From an uncultured Pseudomonadota bacterium (GTDB taxonomy: Bacteria; Pseudomonadota; Alphaproteobacteria; Rhizobiales; Xanthobacteraceae): 64,000 bases of DNA. Each line of letters starts with the position of its first letter. The stretch's first letter is position 1. Shown here in pieces: positions 1 through 13,920 of the stretch. The translations under genes and the position numbers were made by a program. The stretch is taken from positions 490,894 through 554,893 of the forward strand of contig CAVQBI010000002.1 in NCBI GenBank assembly GCA_963710705.1. Reading direction: 5' to 3'. The notes beneath the pieces are model-generated. The model had not been told where the DNA came from, searched no databases, and saw only the letters and a program-made list of their open reading frames with translations.

Positions 1-692
1 TCTTTGAAAAGAAAGTCATCGCGCAGGCAACGCTCGATACCTTTGCACGCAATCTCGATACATCGAAACAGGCTCTCGCGGCGGCCAAGGCCGACGAGGA
101 ACGTGCGCGGCTCGCCTATTCATCGAATATAGACGGCGTCCACACCGCGATCGCCCGCTCGCGCGCCGAATTGGCTGACGCCGAGTATGATCTCGATCAA
201 ACGGTAACGCGGGCGCCGGGCCCTGGGTTCGTCACTCAGGTCGCCTTGCGTCCCGGAATGTACGTGGTCCCCGCGCCTTTGCGTCCGGCGATGGTCTTCG
301 TAAATACGGCTGAGCGCGACAAGGACTTTTCAGCCGCCTTCCAGCAAAACGCGCTGCAGAGGGTCAAGGCCGGTGACGAGGCTGAAATCGCCTTCGATGC
401 GGTGCCTGGACGGGTGTTCAAGGGCAAGGTGCGCCTGGTACTTGATGCCATTGCGGCCGGTCAGATCCAAGCAACCGGAACGCTCATGGATCTCGGAGCG
501 CCGACGTCGGCCGGTGGCCGGGCGGTGGCCGTTATCGATATCGAGGATAGCCTCTCCGGATATCAAATTCCCCTCGGCGCCGCCGCGCAGGTCGCGATTT
601 ATACAGAACACTGGCATCACCTTTCGCTATTGCGAAAGATTCTGTTGCGAATGCGAAGCTGGGAGAACTACATCTACCTAGAGGGGCACTGA
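1..692 (+). CDS. HlyD-family periplasmic adaptor / secretion protein, C-terminal part (5' end outside window)
   Basis: The frame is open from the window edge (phase of nt 3) to the stop at 690-692. The translation ...AEYDLDQTVTRAPGPGFVTQVALRPGMYV...GKVRLVLDAIAAGQ... resembles the barrel and C-terminal region of HlyD/EmrA (YiaV/YibH-like) adaptors. Confidence 0.75.
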   Translation, partial: FEKKVIAQATLDTFARNLDTSKQALAAAKADEERARLAYSSNIDGVHTAIARSRAELADAEYDLDQTVTRAPGPGFVTQVALRPGMYVVPAPLRPAMVFVNTAERDKDFSAAFQQNALQRVKAGDEAEIAFDAVPGRVFKGKVRLVLDAIAAGQIQATGTLMDLGAPTSAGGRAVAVIDIEDSLSGYQIPLGAAAQVAIYTEHWHHLSLLRKILLRMRSWENYIYLEGH

Positions 693-734
693 GAGACAAT
701 CGTCTCCGCGAGTGCAAGCGGCGATCTGCGCGGA

Positions 735-1145
735 TTAGTGGATCGCCGTGCCGGTGAGGTGGCGATCGACTTCCTTGTAATGATCGAGCCGCGTGATCAG
801 TTTGTCGAGCTCGGAGCCGGCCTCGGTCTTGGCGATGCGCTGCTCAAGCTGCCCGATGCGGTCGGTGACCATGCCGCGGTCGATGCCCTCTACCGCCTCG
901 GCGACGTCGGCCAGCACGGTCAACCCGTTCGCGGAAACTTCGGCAAAACCGCCGAGCACGACGATCTTCTGCGCGCCGCCCGCGCCGTGCACGGTGAGGA
1001 TGCCCGGGCGTAGCGTCGTGACCATCGGCGCGTGGCCTTCGAGCACGCCGAAATCGCCCTCGACGCCGGGCACGTCAACCTGCTCGACGTCGCCCGAAAA
1101 CACGAGCTTTTCCGGCGACACCAATTCGAAATGGAAGCTTGCCAT
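735..1145 (-). CDS. atpC: F1 ATP synthase epsilon subunit
   Basis: [41 protein letters not shown] is a typical epsilon N-terminus, and this is the last gene of atpHAGDC. The ATG at 1143-1145 is preferred over the TTG at 1151 used by the ORF track. Confidence 0.93.
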   Translation of the reverse strand: MASFHFELVSPEKLVFSGDVEQVDVPGVEGDFGVLEGHAPMVTTLRPGILTVHGAGGAQKIVVLGGFAEVSANGLTVLADVAEAVEGIDRGMVTDRIGQLEQRIAKTEAGSELDKLITRLDHYKEVDRHLTGTAIH

Positions 1146-1147
1146 AC

Positions 1148-1417
1148 TCAAATCCTGAACCTGCCGCTCTTGACCCCGTAACCGAGCGCCAACCCGAGCG
1201 CTCCGCCGATCAACGTCACCATCGCGATGTAGCGCACCTGGCTGCCGGTCAACGGTCCGCCGCCCTGGGCGACTTGATTGCCGGTGACCTCGATGTTGAC
1301 CGGCCCAAGCCGGATTTCGGCCAACTCCGGCCGCGTCAGATAGCCCGCGATCGCGCCGACGAATAATCCGATGGCCGCAAAAACGACCAGGGGACTCGCC
1401 TGCTTCTTGCGGGCCAT
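1148..1417 (-). CDS. small (89 aa) predicted two-helix membrane protein embedded in the F1 atp operon
   Basis: An ATG at 1415-1417 lies 4 nt after the atpD stop (1422-1424). The TGA at 1148-1150 lies 2 nt before the atpC ATG. The protein is [27 protein letters not shown]...[19 protein letters not shown], with two Gly-rich hydrophobic segments. I recognise no family. Confidence 0.6.
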   Translation of the reverse strand: MARKKQASPLVVFAAIGLFVGAIAGYLTRPELAEIRLGPVNIEVTGNQVAQGGGPLTGSQVRYIAMVTLIGGALGLALGYGVKSGRFRI

Positions 1418-1421
1418 CGCG

Positions 1422-2879
<1,458 letters not shown>

Positions 2880-3746
2880 CTAGAGCGCCTCGGCGCCGGA
2901 GATGATCTCGATCAGTTCCTTGGTGATCATCGCCTGTCTGGTGCGGTTATAGGTGAGCGTCTGCTTGCGGATCATCTCGCCGGCATTGCGGGTGGCGTTG
3001 TCCATCGCGCTCATGCGCGCACCCTGCTCGGAGGCGGCGTTTTCCAGGAGCGCGCGGAACACCTGCACCGACAGATTCCTTGGCAGAAGTTCGGCGAGAA
3101 TTTCCTCTTCCTCCGGCTCGTATTCGTAAGCGGCCGAGGTCTCGGCCTTCTCGAACACCGGCGGTATGATTTGCTGCGCAGTCGGGATCTGCGCGATCAC
3201 CGACTTGAAGCGCGAAAAGAACAGCGTGCAAACGTCGAATTGGCCTTCGTCGAACAGGGCGACGACCTTCTTGGCGATCATGTCGGCCTGCTCCAAGCCG
3301 ATCACGCGCACGCCGCGCAGTTCGATCGTCTCGACGATCTGCTTGGCGAACTGGCGGCGCAGCTGGTCGTAGCCCTTGCGGCCGACACAGAGGAACTTGA
3401 CCTCTTTGCCTTCGCCACTCAGTGCATTCGCCCGCTCGCGCGCCAGCCGCACGATCGAGGAGTTGAACGGGCCGCACAGGCCGCGCTCGGCGGTGCACAC
3501 CACAAGCAGATGCACCTGGTGCTTGCCGGTGCCGGCCAGCAGCTTGGGCGCCGAATCGCTGCCGGCGACCGCCGAGGCGATCGAGCCCAGCACCTTGCTC
3601 ATTCTTTCCGCATATGGACGCGCCGCTTCGGCGGCCGCCTGCGCGCGGCGCAGCTTGGAAGCCGCCACCATCTGCATGGCCTTGGTGATCTTCTGCGTCG
3701 CCTTGGTGGAGGCGATGCGGACACGCATGTCCTTGAGCGAAGCCAT
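2880..3746 (-). CDS. atpG: F1 ATP synthase gamma subunit
   Basis: The 288-aa ORF begins [36 protein letters not shown] and ends ...[15 protein letters not shown], the gamma signature. It lies between atpA and atpD. Confidence 0.97.
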   Translation of the reverse strand: MASLKDMRVRIASTKATQKITKAMQMVAASKLRRAQAAAEAARPYAERMSKVLGSIASAVAGSDSAPKLLAGTGKHQVHLLVVCTAERGLCGPFNSSIVRLARERANALSGEGKEVKFLCVGRKGYDQLRRQFAKQIVETIELRGVRVIGLEQADMIAKKVVALFDEGQFDVCTLFFSRFKSVIAQIPTAQQIIPPVFEKAETSAAYEYEPEEEEILAELLPRNLSVQVFRALLENAASEQGARMSAMDNATRNAGEMIRKQTLTYNRTRQAMITKELIEIISGAEAL

Positions 3747-3769
3747 CGCGGATTAGTCCGTTACTCGCG

Positions 3770-5862
<2,093 letters not shown>

Positions 5863-6149
5863 GGAGGACGCTCGTTCTGCTACTTCGTTCACAAGCCGGA
5901 CGCCGTCGCGGGGGCGGCGCAAACTCTTGGAATTCAAGAGGGAATTCCGATTCCCAGGGACGTCGCGGAAGCCCGCGGAAACCCCCTGAAATCGAGGGCT
6001 AGCTAACACAGGGCAAAAGGCGGCGCAACACGACGCGGTGGCGCAGGCTGCGCAGCCGCGCCCGCCAAATTGCGCGCGGCGATGGCATTTTTGCATGCCC
6101 GGGATACCTCGCCACCGCAGCCCGCGCGCTATAGCGTGCACCGCGCCGG

Positions 6150-7067
6150 ATGTCGCATTTCCACGCCAAAGCCTCCGATGTCGCCGGCACGGCCAGGATG
6201 CTGGTCGTGCTGCTTGCGTTCGCCTGGGGCTTCAACTGGATCGCGGCGGCGGTGGCGCTGCGCGCGATATCGCCCTGGACCCTGCGCGTCGCAGGTTCCG
6301 GCATCGGCGCAGCGACGCTTTTCACCGCCGCCTTGCTCACCGGCCACCGGCTGAAAGTGCCGCGCGGCGAATACCTCCACATCATGGTGGCCGGCTTCCT
6401 CAACGTCGCGGGGTTCCAGGTATTTTCGGGCTTCGCGCAAATGAGCGGCGCGACGTCGCGCGCCATCATCATCACCTATTCGATGCCGATCTGGACCACG
6501 ATTTTAAGCCGCGTTGTCCTGGGCGAACGGCTCAACGCAGTCCGCATGGTGGCATTTGGCCTGTGCGTGGCCGGCTTGGCGATCCTGGTGTGGCCGCTGT
6601 TCGTCAATGGATTTCCGCCCTTCGTGCTTTACTCGCTCGCCTGCGCGCTAAGCTGGGCGGCGGCCACCGTTTATATCAAATGGGCGCGGGTCACGGTCGA
6701 GCCGCTGGTCAACGCCGCGTGGCAATTGATTTTTGGCTTTTTCTTCATCGTCGCCGGCAGTTTCGCGTTCGAGGGTTATCCGCATTTGTGGCCGCTCCGT
6801 CGTGAAACATTCCTGGCCGTGCTCTTCGTCGGGTTCTTCGGTGTTGGCCTGGCGCATTTTCTGTGGTGGTCGATTGTCGGACGGCTGTCGACGATCACGG
6901 CCTCGCTCGGCGCGCTGCTGGTGCCGGTGATCGGCGTGTCGGCATCCGCGATCATGCTGGGCGAGCGGTTGACGTTGCCCGATATCGTCGGCTTCGTGAT
7001 GATCTTCGCGTCAGCCGCCAGCGTGTTGCTGCAATCGAACATCACGCGCACGGAGATGCCGGAGTGA
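6150..7067 (+). CDS. EamA/DMT-family transporter (10 TM), paralog 1
   Basis: The 305-aa protein is hydrophobic with ...[11 protein letters not shown]... and repeated EamA-like halves. It ends ...ASAASVLLQ...EMPE, as does its downstream paralog. Confidence 0.85.
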   Translation: MSHFHAKASDVAGTARMLVVLLAFAWGFNWIAAAVALRAISPWTLRVAGSGIGAATLFTAALLTGHRLKVPRGEYLHIMVAGFLNVAGFQVFSGFAQMSGATSRAIIITYSMPIWTTILSRVVLGERLNAVRMVAFGLCVAGLAILVWPLFVNGFPPFVLYSLACALSWAAATVYIKWARVTVEPLVNAAWQLIFGFFFIVAGSFAFEGYPHLWPLRRETFLAVLFVGFFGVGLAHFLWWSIVGRLSTITASLGALLVPVIGVSASAIMLGERLTLPDIVGFVMIFASAASVLLQSNITRTEMPE

Positions 7068-7969
7068 GCGCACGGCGCGACGCGGCGGGCAGCGCCAAGC
7101 TGCTGGTCGTGATCATGGGCCTCGCCTGGGGCTTCAACTGGATCGCCGCGCGCATCATTCTCACCGCGCTGCCGCCGTGGACGATGCGCGCGCTCGGCAT
7201 CGGGCTTGGCGACCTGACGCTGTTCGCCGCCGCCGCCGTGACCGGCGTCAGCCTGAGCGTGCCGCGCGGCGAGCGGCGCAAGATCCTGATCGCCGGATTT
7301 TTCAACGTGGCGGTCTTCAACGTCTGCTCGGCCTATGCGCAGGTCTACGGCACCACCTCACGCGCCATCGTCATCGCCTATTCGATGCCGATCTGGTCGG
7401 CGCTGCTTGCGCATTTTGTGCTCAAGGAAAAGCTCACGCCGGTGAAGCTGGCGGCGCTCGCTTTGTGCGCAATCGGGCTGGCGATTCTGATTTTCCCGCT
7501 GGCGCGCGCGGGCTTTCCGCTCGGCGCGCTGCTCGCGCTCGGCTGCGCGTGGACCTGGGCCGCCGGCACCATCTATCTCAAATCGGCGAAGATCCGCGCG
7601 GCGACCTTGGCGGTGGCGGCGTGGCAATTGCTGTTCGGCTGGCTGATGCTGGCGGCCGGCATGCTGATCTTCGAGGGCGTGCCGCAACTCTGGCTGCTGC
7701 CGATCAATGTCGTGGGCTGGATTGCCTATAACGGTCTGATCGGCATGGGCCTCGCTTATTTCCTCTGGTTCGTCGTGATCGGCAGATTGCCGGCAACGAC
7801 GGCATCGCTCGGCTCGCTGCTGGTGCCGGTCGTCGGAGTCATCGGTTCCGCCTGGCTGGTGGGCGAGCGGCCGAATGTTACCGACATTGTCGGCTTTACC
7901 TGCGTCTTCGCCTCCGCCGCGAGCGTGCTGCTGCAGCCGACGGTGCGACATGATGAAATGCCGGAGTGA
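7064..7969 (+). CDS. EamA/DMT-family transporter (10 TM), paralog 2
   Basis: A GTG at 7064 overlaps the upstream TGA (GTGA). By eye the product is roughly 45-50% identical to paralog 1 ([11 protein letters not shown]..., ...[19 protein letters not shown]). Confidence 0.85.
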   Translation: MSARRDAAGSAKLLVVIMGLAWGFNWIAARIILTALPPWTMRALGIGLGDLTLFAAAAVTGVSLSVPRGERRKILIAGFFNVAVFNVCSAYAQVYGTTSRAIVIAYSMPIWSALLAHFVLKEKLTPVKLAALALCAIGLAILIFPLARAGFPLGALLALGCAWTWAAGTIYLKSAKIRAATLAVAAWQLLFGWLMLAAGMLIFEGVPQLWLLPINVVGWIAYNGLIGMGLAYFLWFVVIGRLPATTASLGSLLVPVVGVIGSAWLVGERPNVTDIVGFTCVFASAASVLLQPTVRHDEMPE

Positions 7970-8148
7970 AGTTGATTGAGATTGCTGTCATTTATTCAAA
8001 CTTGCTTCCATTCATCATCCGATAGTCGAACACGCAAATTCAGGACGCTGACCTGCAGGACGCGGGACACGTGCGGCCTTCATTTATCGCGGCAGAAGGT
8101 TATTTCCGATTCGACCGGACGAGCGGGATTTCGCGAACGGAGCAAAGC

Positions 8149-9158
<1,010 letters not shown>

Positions 9159-9162
<4 letters not shown>

Positions 9163-11327
9163 AGGAAACTCATCGGATCGACGTCGACCTCGAGCCGCAC
9201 GTTGCCGCGGGGCTTGGGCGCCCCGCCGAGCCAGTCGCGCAAATAGGCCGACAGATCGAAAGCGCGCGGCGCTTTCACCAAGAGCCGGAAGCGGTGGCGG
9301 CCGCGCACCACCGCGATCGGCGCTTCGGCGGGACCGAGCACGCGCACGTCGTCGTTCTTGGGCGCGTGCGAAACGAGCGTGCGGCCGTAGCTTTCCGCGC
9401 CGTGGCGGTCGTTGGCGCTGATGACGAGGCTGGCGAGCCGCCCGAACGGCGGATAATGCGTGCGCTCGCGTAGTTCGATCTCGCTCGAATAGAACGCCTC
9501 GCGGTCGCCCAAGATCAGCGCTTTCATCACCGGGTGTTCGGGCTGGTGCGTCTGCAAAAAGCCTACGCCCCTGCCCTCCTCGCGGCCGGCGCGGCCAACC
9601 ACCTGATGCAGAAGCTGGAACGTGCGCTCGGCCGCGCGCGGATCGCCGTTGCCCAGCCCCAGGTCGGCGTCGACGATGCCGACCAGATTGAGCTTGGGGA
9701 AATGATGCCCCTTGGCGACCAGCTGCGTGCCGATGACGAGATCGAAGCGGCCTTCCGCCACGTCATCGAGCTCCTGGCGCAGGCGCTCGACCGATTCGAC
9801 GAGATCGCTCGACAGCACCAGGATGCGCGCCTGCGGGAACAATTCAGCCGCCTCCTGCTCCAACCGCTCGACGCCCGGGCCAATGGGCGCGAAGCTTTCA
9901 GTGGCTTGGCAGTTTGGGCACTCGGCCGGCGGCGGCATGGAGAAGCCGCAGTGGTGACAGACCAGCCGCTTGCGGAAGCGGTGATCGACCAGCCAGGCAT
10001 CGCAATTCGGACATTGCAGACGGAAGCCGCAGGCCCGGCAGAGCGTGAGCGGCGCATAGCCGCGTCTATTGAGGAAAAGCAGCGCCTGCTCTTTGCGTTC
10101 CAGCGTCTGCTGCACGGCCTCCGCCAGACGCGGCGAGATGAAACGGCCGCGCGGCGGGCCCTCGCGCCGCATGTCGATCGCCTCGATCGAAGGCAGATGC
10201 GCGCCGCCGAAGCGCTCCGGTAAATGCAAATGCCGGTAGCGGCCGCGCCGCGCGTTCACTTCCGATTCGACCGAGGGCGTGGCGGAAGCCAACAGCACCG
10301 GGATCTTGGCGATCGATCCGCGCACAACCGCCATGTCGCGCGCGTGATAATGCGCGCCGTCTTCCTGCTTGTAGGCGGGGTCGTGCTCCTCATCGACGAT
10401 GATGAGGCCGAGATCGGCGTAAGGCAAAAACAACGCCGAGCGCGCGCCGACCACCACCGAGACTTCGTTGTCGGCCACCGCCGCCCAGGTGCGCTGACGG
10501 ATGCGCGGCGACAACTGCGAATGCCATTCCGCCGGGCGCACGCCGAAGCGCGCCGAAAAGCGGTCGAGGAATTGCGCGGTGAGCGCGATCTCCGGCATCA
10601 GGATCAGCGTCTGATGCTTGCGGCGGATGTTTTCCGCCACCGCCTCGAAATAGACTTCGGTCTTGCCGGAGCCGGTGACGCCGTCGAGCAATGTCACGGT
10701 GTAGCCGCCTTGCGCCACTGTGGTGCGCAGGTTGTCGGCTGCGGCGAGCTGGCCCAACGAGAATTCCGGCTTGGCAAAGTCCGGATCGGGCTGTTCCGCC
10801 ACCGGTTCGGGCGGCAGCACGATCGTCTCCAATGCCCCGGCATCGATCAGCCCGTCGATCACGCCGGCAGAGACGCCCGCTTCGCGCGCTGCGTCGCCTT
10901 TGGCGCGCGTGAGGCCGTCGCGGAATAGGTCGAGCGCACGGGCGCGCGCCGCGGTCATGCGTTGTGGCGCAGGTCCGGCGAGCCGCACGCCGACGCGCTT
11001 GCGGCCCGGTCCGAGATGTTCGCCCATGCGCAGCGACATGCGTAAAACCATGCCGCGCGAGGCCAGCGTGTAGCCCGCGACCCAGTCGACGAAGCTGCGC
11101 AACTCGCTCTTGAGCGGCGGCACATCGAGCTTTTCCGAAACGTCCTTAAGCCGGTTGTGCAGGCGCGGATTTGGGTTTGGATTGTCGGCCCAGACCACGC
11201 CCAAGGCTTCACGCGGCCCGAGCGGCACCGCCACCACGTCGCCCGGCGCAAGGTCGACGCCCTCCGGCACGCGGTAGGAATAGGCCTGATCGAGTGCCAC
11301 CGGCACGAGGACATCGACGACACGCAT
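9159..11327 (-). CDS. priA: primosomal replication protein N' (PriA helicase)
   Basis: The 722-aa ORF has Walker A GVTGSGKTEVY, DEEHD, and the Cys-rich zinc region CRACGFRLQCPNCDAWLVDHR...LVCHHCG. Confidence 0.95.
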
Positions 11328-11384
11328 GAATAAGGTCTGGCCGATTCCGCAGCTTTAAGGAAGGGTGAAGGATCGGATGGCACT

Positions 11385-12326
11385 TTGGCGGCCATGGACG
11401 AATTGGCCGTCAGCCCGGACGTCAAAGCCGAGATCGCGCGCTGGCTCGGTTATCTTGGCGCCGAGCGGCGCATGTCGCCGAAAACGGTGGAAGCCTATGA
11501 ACGCGATGCCGGGCAATTGTTATCCTTTCTCGCCGAACATATGGGCGGCGCGCCCACACTCAAGCAGCTCGCGAAACTCAAACCCGCCGACGTGCGCGCC
11601 TTCATGGCGGCGCGGCGCGCAGCAGGCGCCGGCAACCGTTCGCTGATGCGGGGCTTGGCGGGCGCGCGCTCCTTCGCGCGCTTTCTGGAGCGCAACGGCA
11701 AGGGCAAAGTGGCCGCGCTCGTTGCCGTGCGCGCGCCGAAGCTGCCCAAGACCCTACCGAAGCCGCTCACCGCCGACGCCGCCAAGCGCATGACCGAGAT
11801 CGAATTGCGCGCCGGCGAAGTGCGCGAGCTGTGGGTGATCGCGCGCGACGCCGCCGTGCTCGGCCTGCTCTACGGCGCCGGCCTGCGTATCTCGGAAGCG
11901 TTGGGCTTGAAGCGCAAGGACATCACCGGCGGCGACGCGCTCACCGTCACCGGCAAGGGCAACAAGACGCGCATGGTGCCGCTGCTGCCGCAGGTCGCCA
12001 AGCTGATCGCCGATTACATCGGGCTTTGCCCGCTCGATCTGCCGAGCGATGGCGTACTGTTCATCGGCAGCCGCGGCGGGCCGCTCAGCCCACGCGTCGT
12101 GCAATTGACCATGGCGCGCTTGCGCGGCGCGCTCGGCTTGGCCGACAGCGCGACGCCGCACGCGTTGCGCCACTCCTTCGCCACCCATCTGCTCGCGCGC
12201 GGCGGCGACCTGCGCGCGATCCAGGAGTTGCTCGGCCACGCCTCGCTCTCGACCACGCAAATCTACACCGCGGTCGATGCCGAGCGTCTGCTCGACGTCT
12301 ACAAAAGCGCCCATCCGCGCGCGTAA
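11385..12326 (+). CDS. xerC: tyrosine site-specific recombinase XerC
   Basis: The C-terminal catalytic motifs are HALRHSFATHLL...GGDLRAIQELLGHASLSTTQIYT. It is adjacent to priA, as is typical in Rhizobiales. The start is uncertain (TTG 11385 or ATG 11394), and XerC versus XerD rests on synteny only. Confidence 0.82.
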   Translation: MAAMDELAVSPDVKAEIARWLGYLGAERRMSPKTVEAYERDAGQLLSFLAEHMGGAPTLKQLAKLKPADVRAFMAARRAAGAGNRSLMRGLAGARSFARFLERNGKGKVAALVAVRAPKLPKTLPKPLTADAAKRMTEIELRAGEVRELWVIARDAAVLGLLYGAGLRISEALGLKRKDITGGDALTVTGKGNKTRMVPLLPQVAKLIADYIGLCPLDLPSDGVLFIGSRGGPLSPRVVQLTMARLRGALGLADSATPHALRHSFATHLLARGGDLRAIQELLGHASLSTTQIYTAVDAERLLDVYKSAHPRA

Positions 12327-12410
12327 TAAAGCCGTCGCATTGCGGCGCGAGTGCCTCTTGCGCGCGGCCGCACTTTGCTATCATCGTGGCTGCGAAATTT
12401 GGAGGCCGCG

Positions 12411-13004
12411 ATGAGCGCACACGAAAATCTCGAACACGCCGAACATGCCGAACACGCGTCGCACGGCGGCAACAAGAAGATCGCGCTGCTGATCGCGGTG
12501 CTGGCGCTGTTCCTGGCGTTTTCCGAAACGCTCGGAAAGAGCGCCCAGACCGCCGCGATCACCTTGAACGTCGCGACCAACGACTTGTGGTCGTTTTTTC
12601 AGGCCAAGACCATCCGCATGACCGTGCTGAGCACGGCGGCCGAGCAGATGCAGATCGAGGCCGACCGCACGGCCGATGCCGACGCAAAGGCGCGGCTGCT
12701 GAAGGCCATCGACGGCTGGAAGAAGACGGCCGCGCGCTACAACGACGACCCGCAAACCAACGAGGGCCGCAAGCAGCTCGCCGAACGCGCGAAAGAGGCC
12801 GAGGAGAAGCGGGAACTGGCGCTTGCCCGCTATCACCAGTACGAATTTGCCTCGGCCGCATTCCAGATCGGTATCGTTCTGGCCTCCGCTGAGGTCATAA
12901 CCAGCATGGTGGCGCTGGGCTGGCTATCCGGCCTCGTCGGCCTGGTCGGGCTCGGCTTCATGGCGCTCGGACTTTGGGCGCCGCACGCGCTGCATTTGGC
13001 CTGA
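12411..13004 (+). CDS. DUF4337-family membrane protein
   Basis: An ATG at 12411 follows GGAGG. MSAHENLEHAEHAEHASHGGNKKIALLIAVLALFLAFSETLGK... and a C-terminal TM segment fit the DUF4337 pattern. Confidence 0.75.
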   Translation: MSAHENLEHAEHAEHASHGGNKKIALLIAVLALFLAFSETLGKSAQTAAITLNVATNDLWSFFQAKTIRMTVLSTAAEQMQIEADRTADADAKARLLKAIDGWKKTAARYNDDPQTNEGRKQLAERAKEAEEKRELALARYHQYEFASAAFQIGIVLASAEVITSMVALGWLSGLVGLVGLGFMALGLWAPHALHLA

Positions 13005-13772
13005 TCAGGACCGCACCCGGCCGCCATCGACGTTGAGCGTCTGCCCGGTCATGAAGGCGGCGTCGTCGCTAGTCAGGAACGACACCGCGCCGACCAGATC
13101 CTCCGGCACTTCCACGCGCTTGATCGCCTGCATTTGTGCGACTGCGTTGAACTCGTCATCCATGGTTTTGAAGCCGGGGCGCGGCGCGCGGATGAGCGTT
13201 CCGGGCGAACGCGTCAGCCCCGGCGCGATGGCGTTGACCGTGATGCCGTGCGGCGCAAGATCGGTCGCCAGCCCGCGGGTGAAGCCGACGATGCCGCCTT
13301 TGCTGGCGACGTAATGCGTGAAACCGGTGACCACCGAGCCGAGCGTCGACGACGCCATGTTGACCACGCGGCCCCACTTGCGCGCGCGCATGCCGGGCAC
13401 GAAGGCGGCGGTGACCAGGAAGGTGCCGTCGAGATTGATCGACAGTACCTGGCGCCATTCGGCGAAGGTCATCTCGTCGAAATTCTTCTGCGGGAAGATG
13501 CCGGCGCAGTTGATGACGATGTCGACGCGATCAAACTTTTTGCCGACCTCTTTGGCCATCGCGGCAACGGATTGCTCGGAGGCGACGTCGCATTTCACCG
13601 CGATGGCCTTGCGGCCGGCGGCTTCCACCATTTTGACGGTCGCCGCGCCGTCGCCCATGTCGGCAATGGCGATGTGGACGCCATCTTCGGCGAGCCGCTT
13701 GGCGAAGGCCTGCCCGATGCCACCCGCCGCGCCGGTGATGACGGCGACTTTGTCCTTGTGACCTTTGGCCAT
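13005..13772 (-). CDS. SDR-family oxidoreductase
   Basis: The 255-aa ORF has the TGAAGGIG cofactor motif and the YVASKGG active-site motif. Confidence 0.9.
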   Translation of the reverse strand: MAKGHKDKVAVITGAAGGIGQAFAKRLAEDGVHIAIADMGDGAATVKMVEAAGRKAIAVKCDVASEQSVAAMAKEVGKKFDRVDIVINCAGIFPQKNFDEMTFAEWRQVLSINLDGTFLVTAAFVPGMRARKWGRVVNMASSTLGSVVTGFTHYVASKGGIVGFTRGLATDLAPHGITVNAIAPGLTRSPGTLIRAPRPGFKTMDDEFNAVAQMQAIKRVEVPEDLVGAVSFLTSDDAAFMTGQTLNVDGGRVRS

Positions 13773-13791
13773 TGTTCCCCCTTTTCTTTAT

Positions 13792-13909
13792 CCCTCCCCT
13801 GAAAGGGGAGGGTCGGCGAGCGAAGCGAGCCGGGCTGGGGGTCTCACTTCGCAGCACCCCACCCGGCCGCTCGCGATGCTCGCGGCCACCCTCCCCTTTC
13901 GGGGGAGGG
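13792..13909. repeat. nested-palindrome intergenic repeat, family P1, copy 1
   Basis: Terminal hairpins are ccctcccct-gaa-aggggaggg and ccctcccc-tttc-gggggaggg. They flank inverted arms (cggcgagcgaagcgagccgggctgggggt / accccacccggccgctcgcgatgctcgcggcc). Related copies lie at 27239 and 48566. Confidence 0.8.
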
Positions 13910-13920
13910 ATAAGCAAGTC

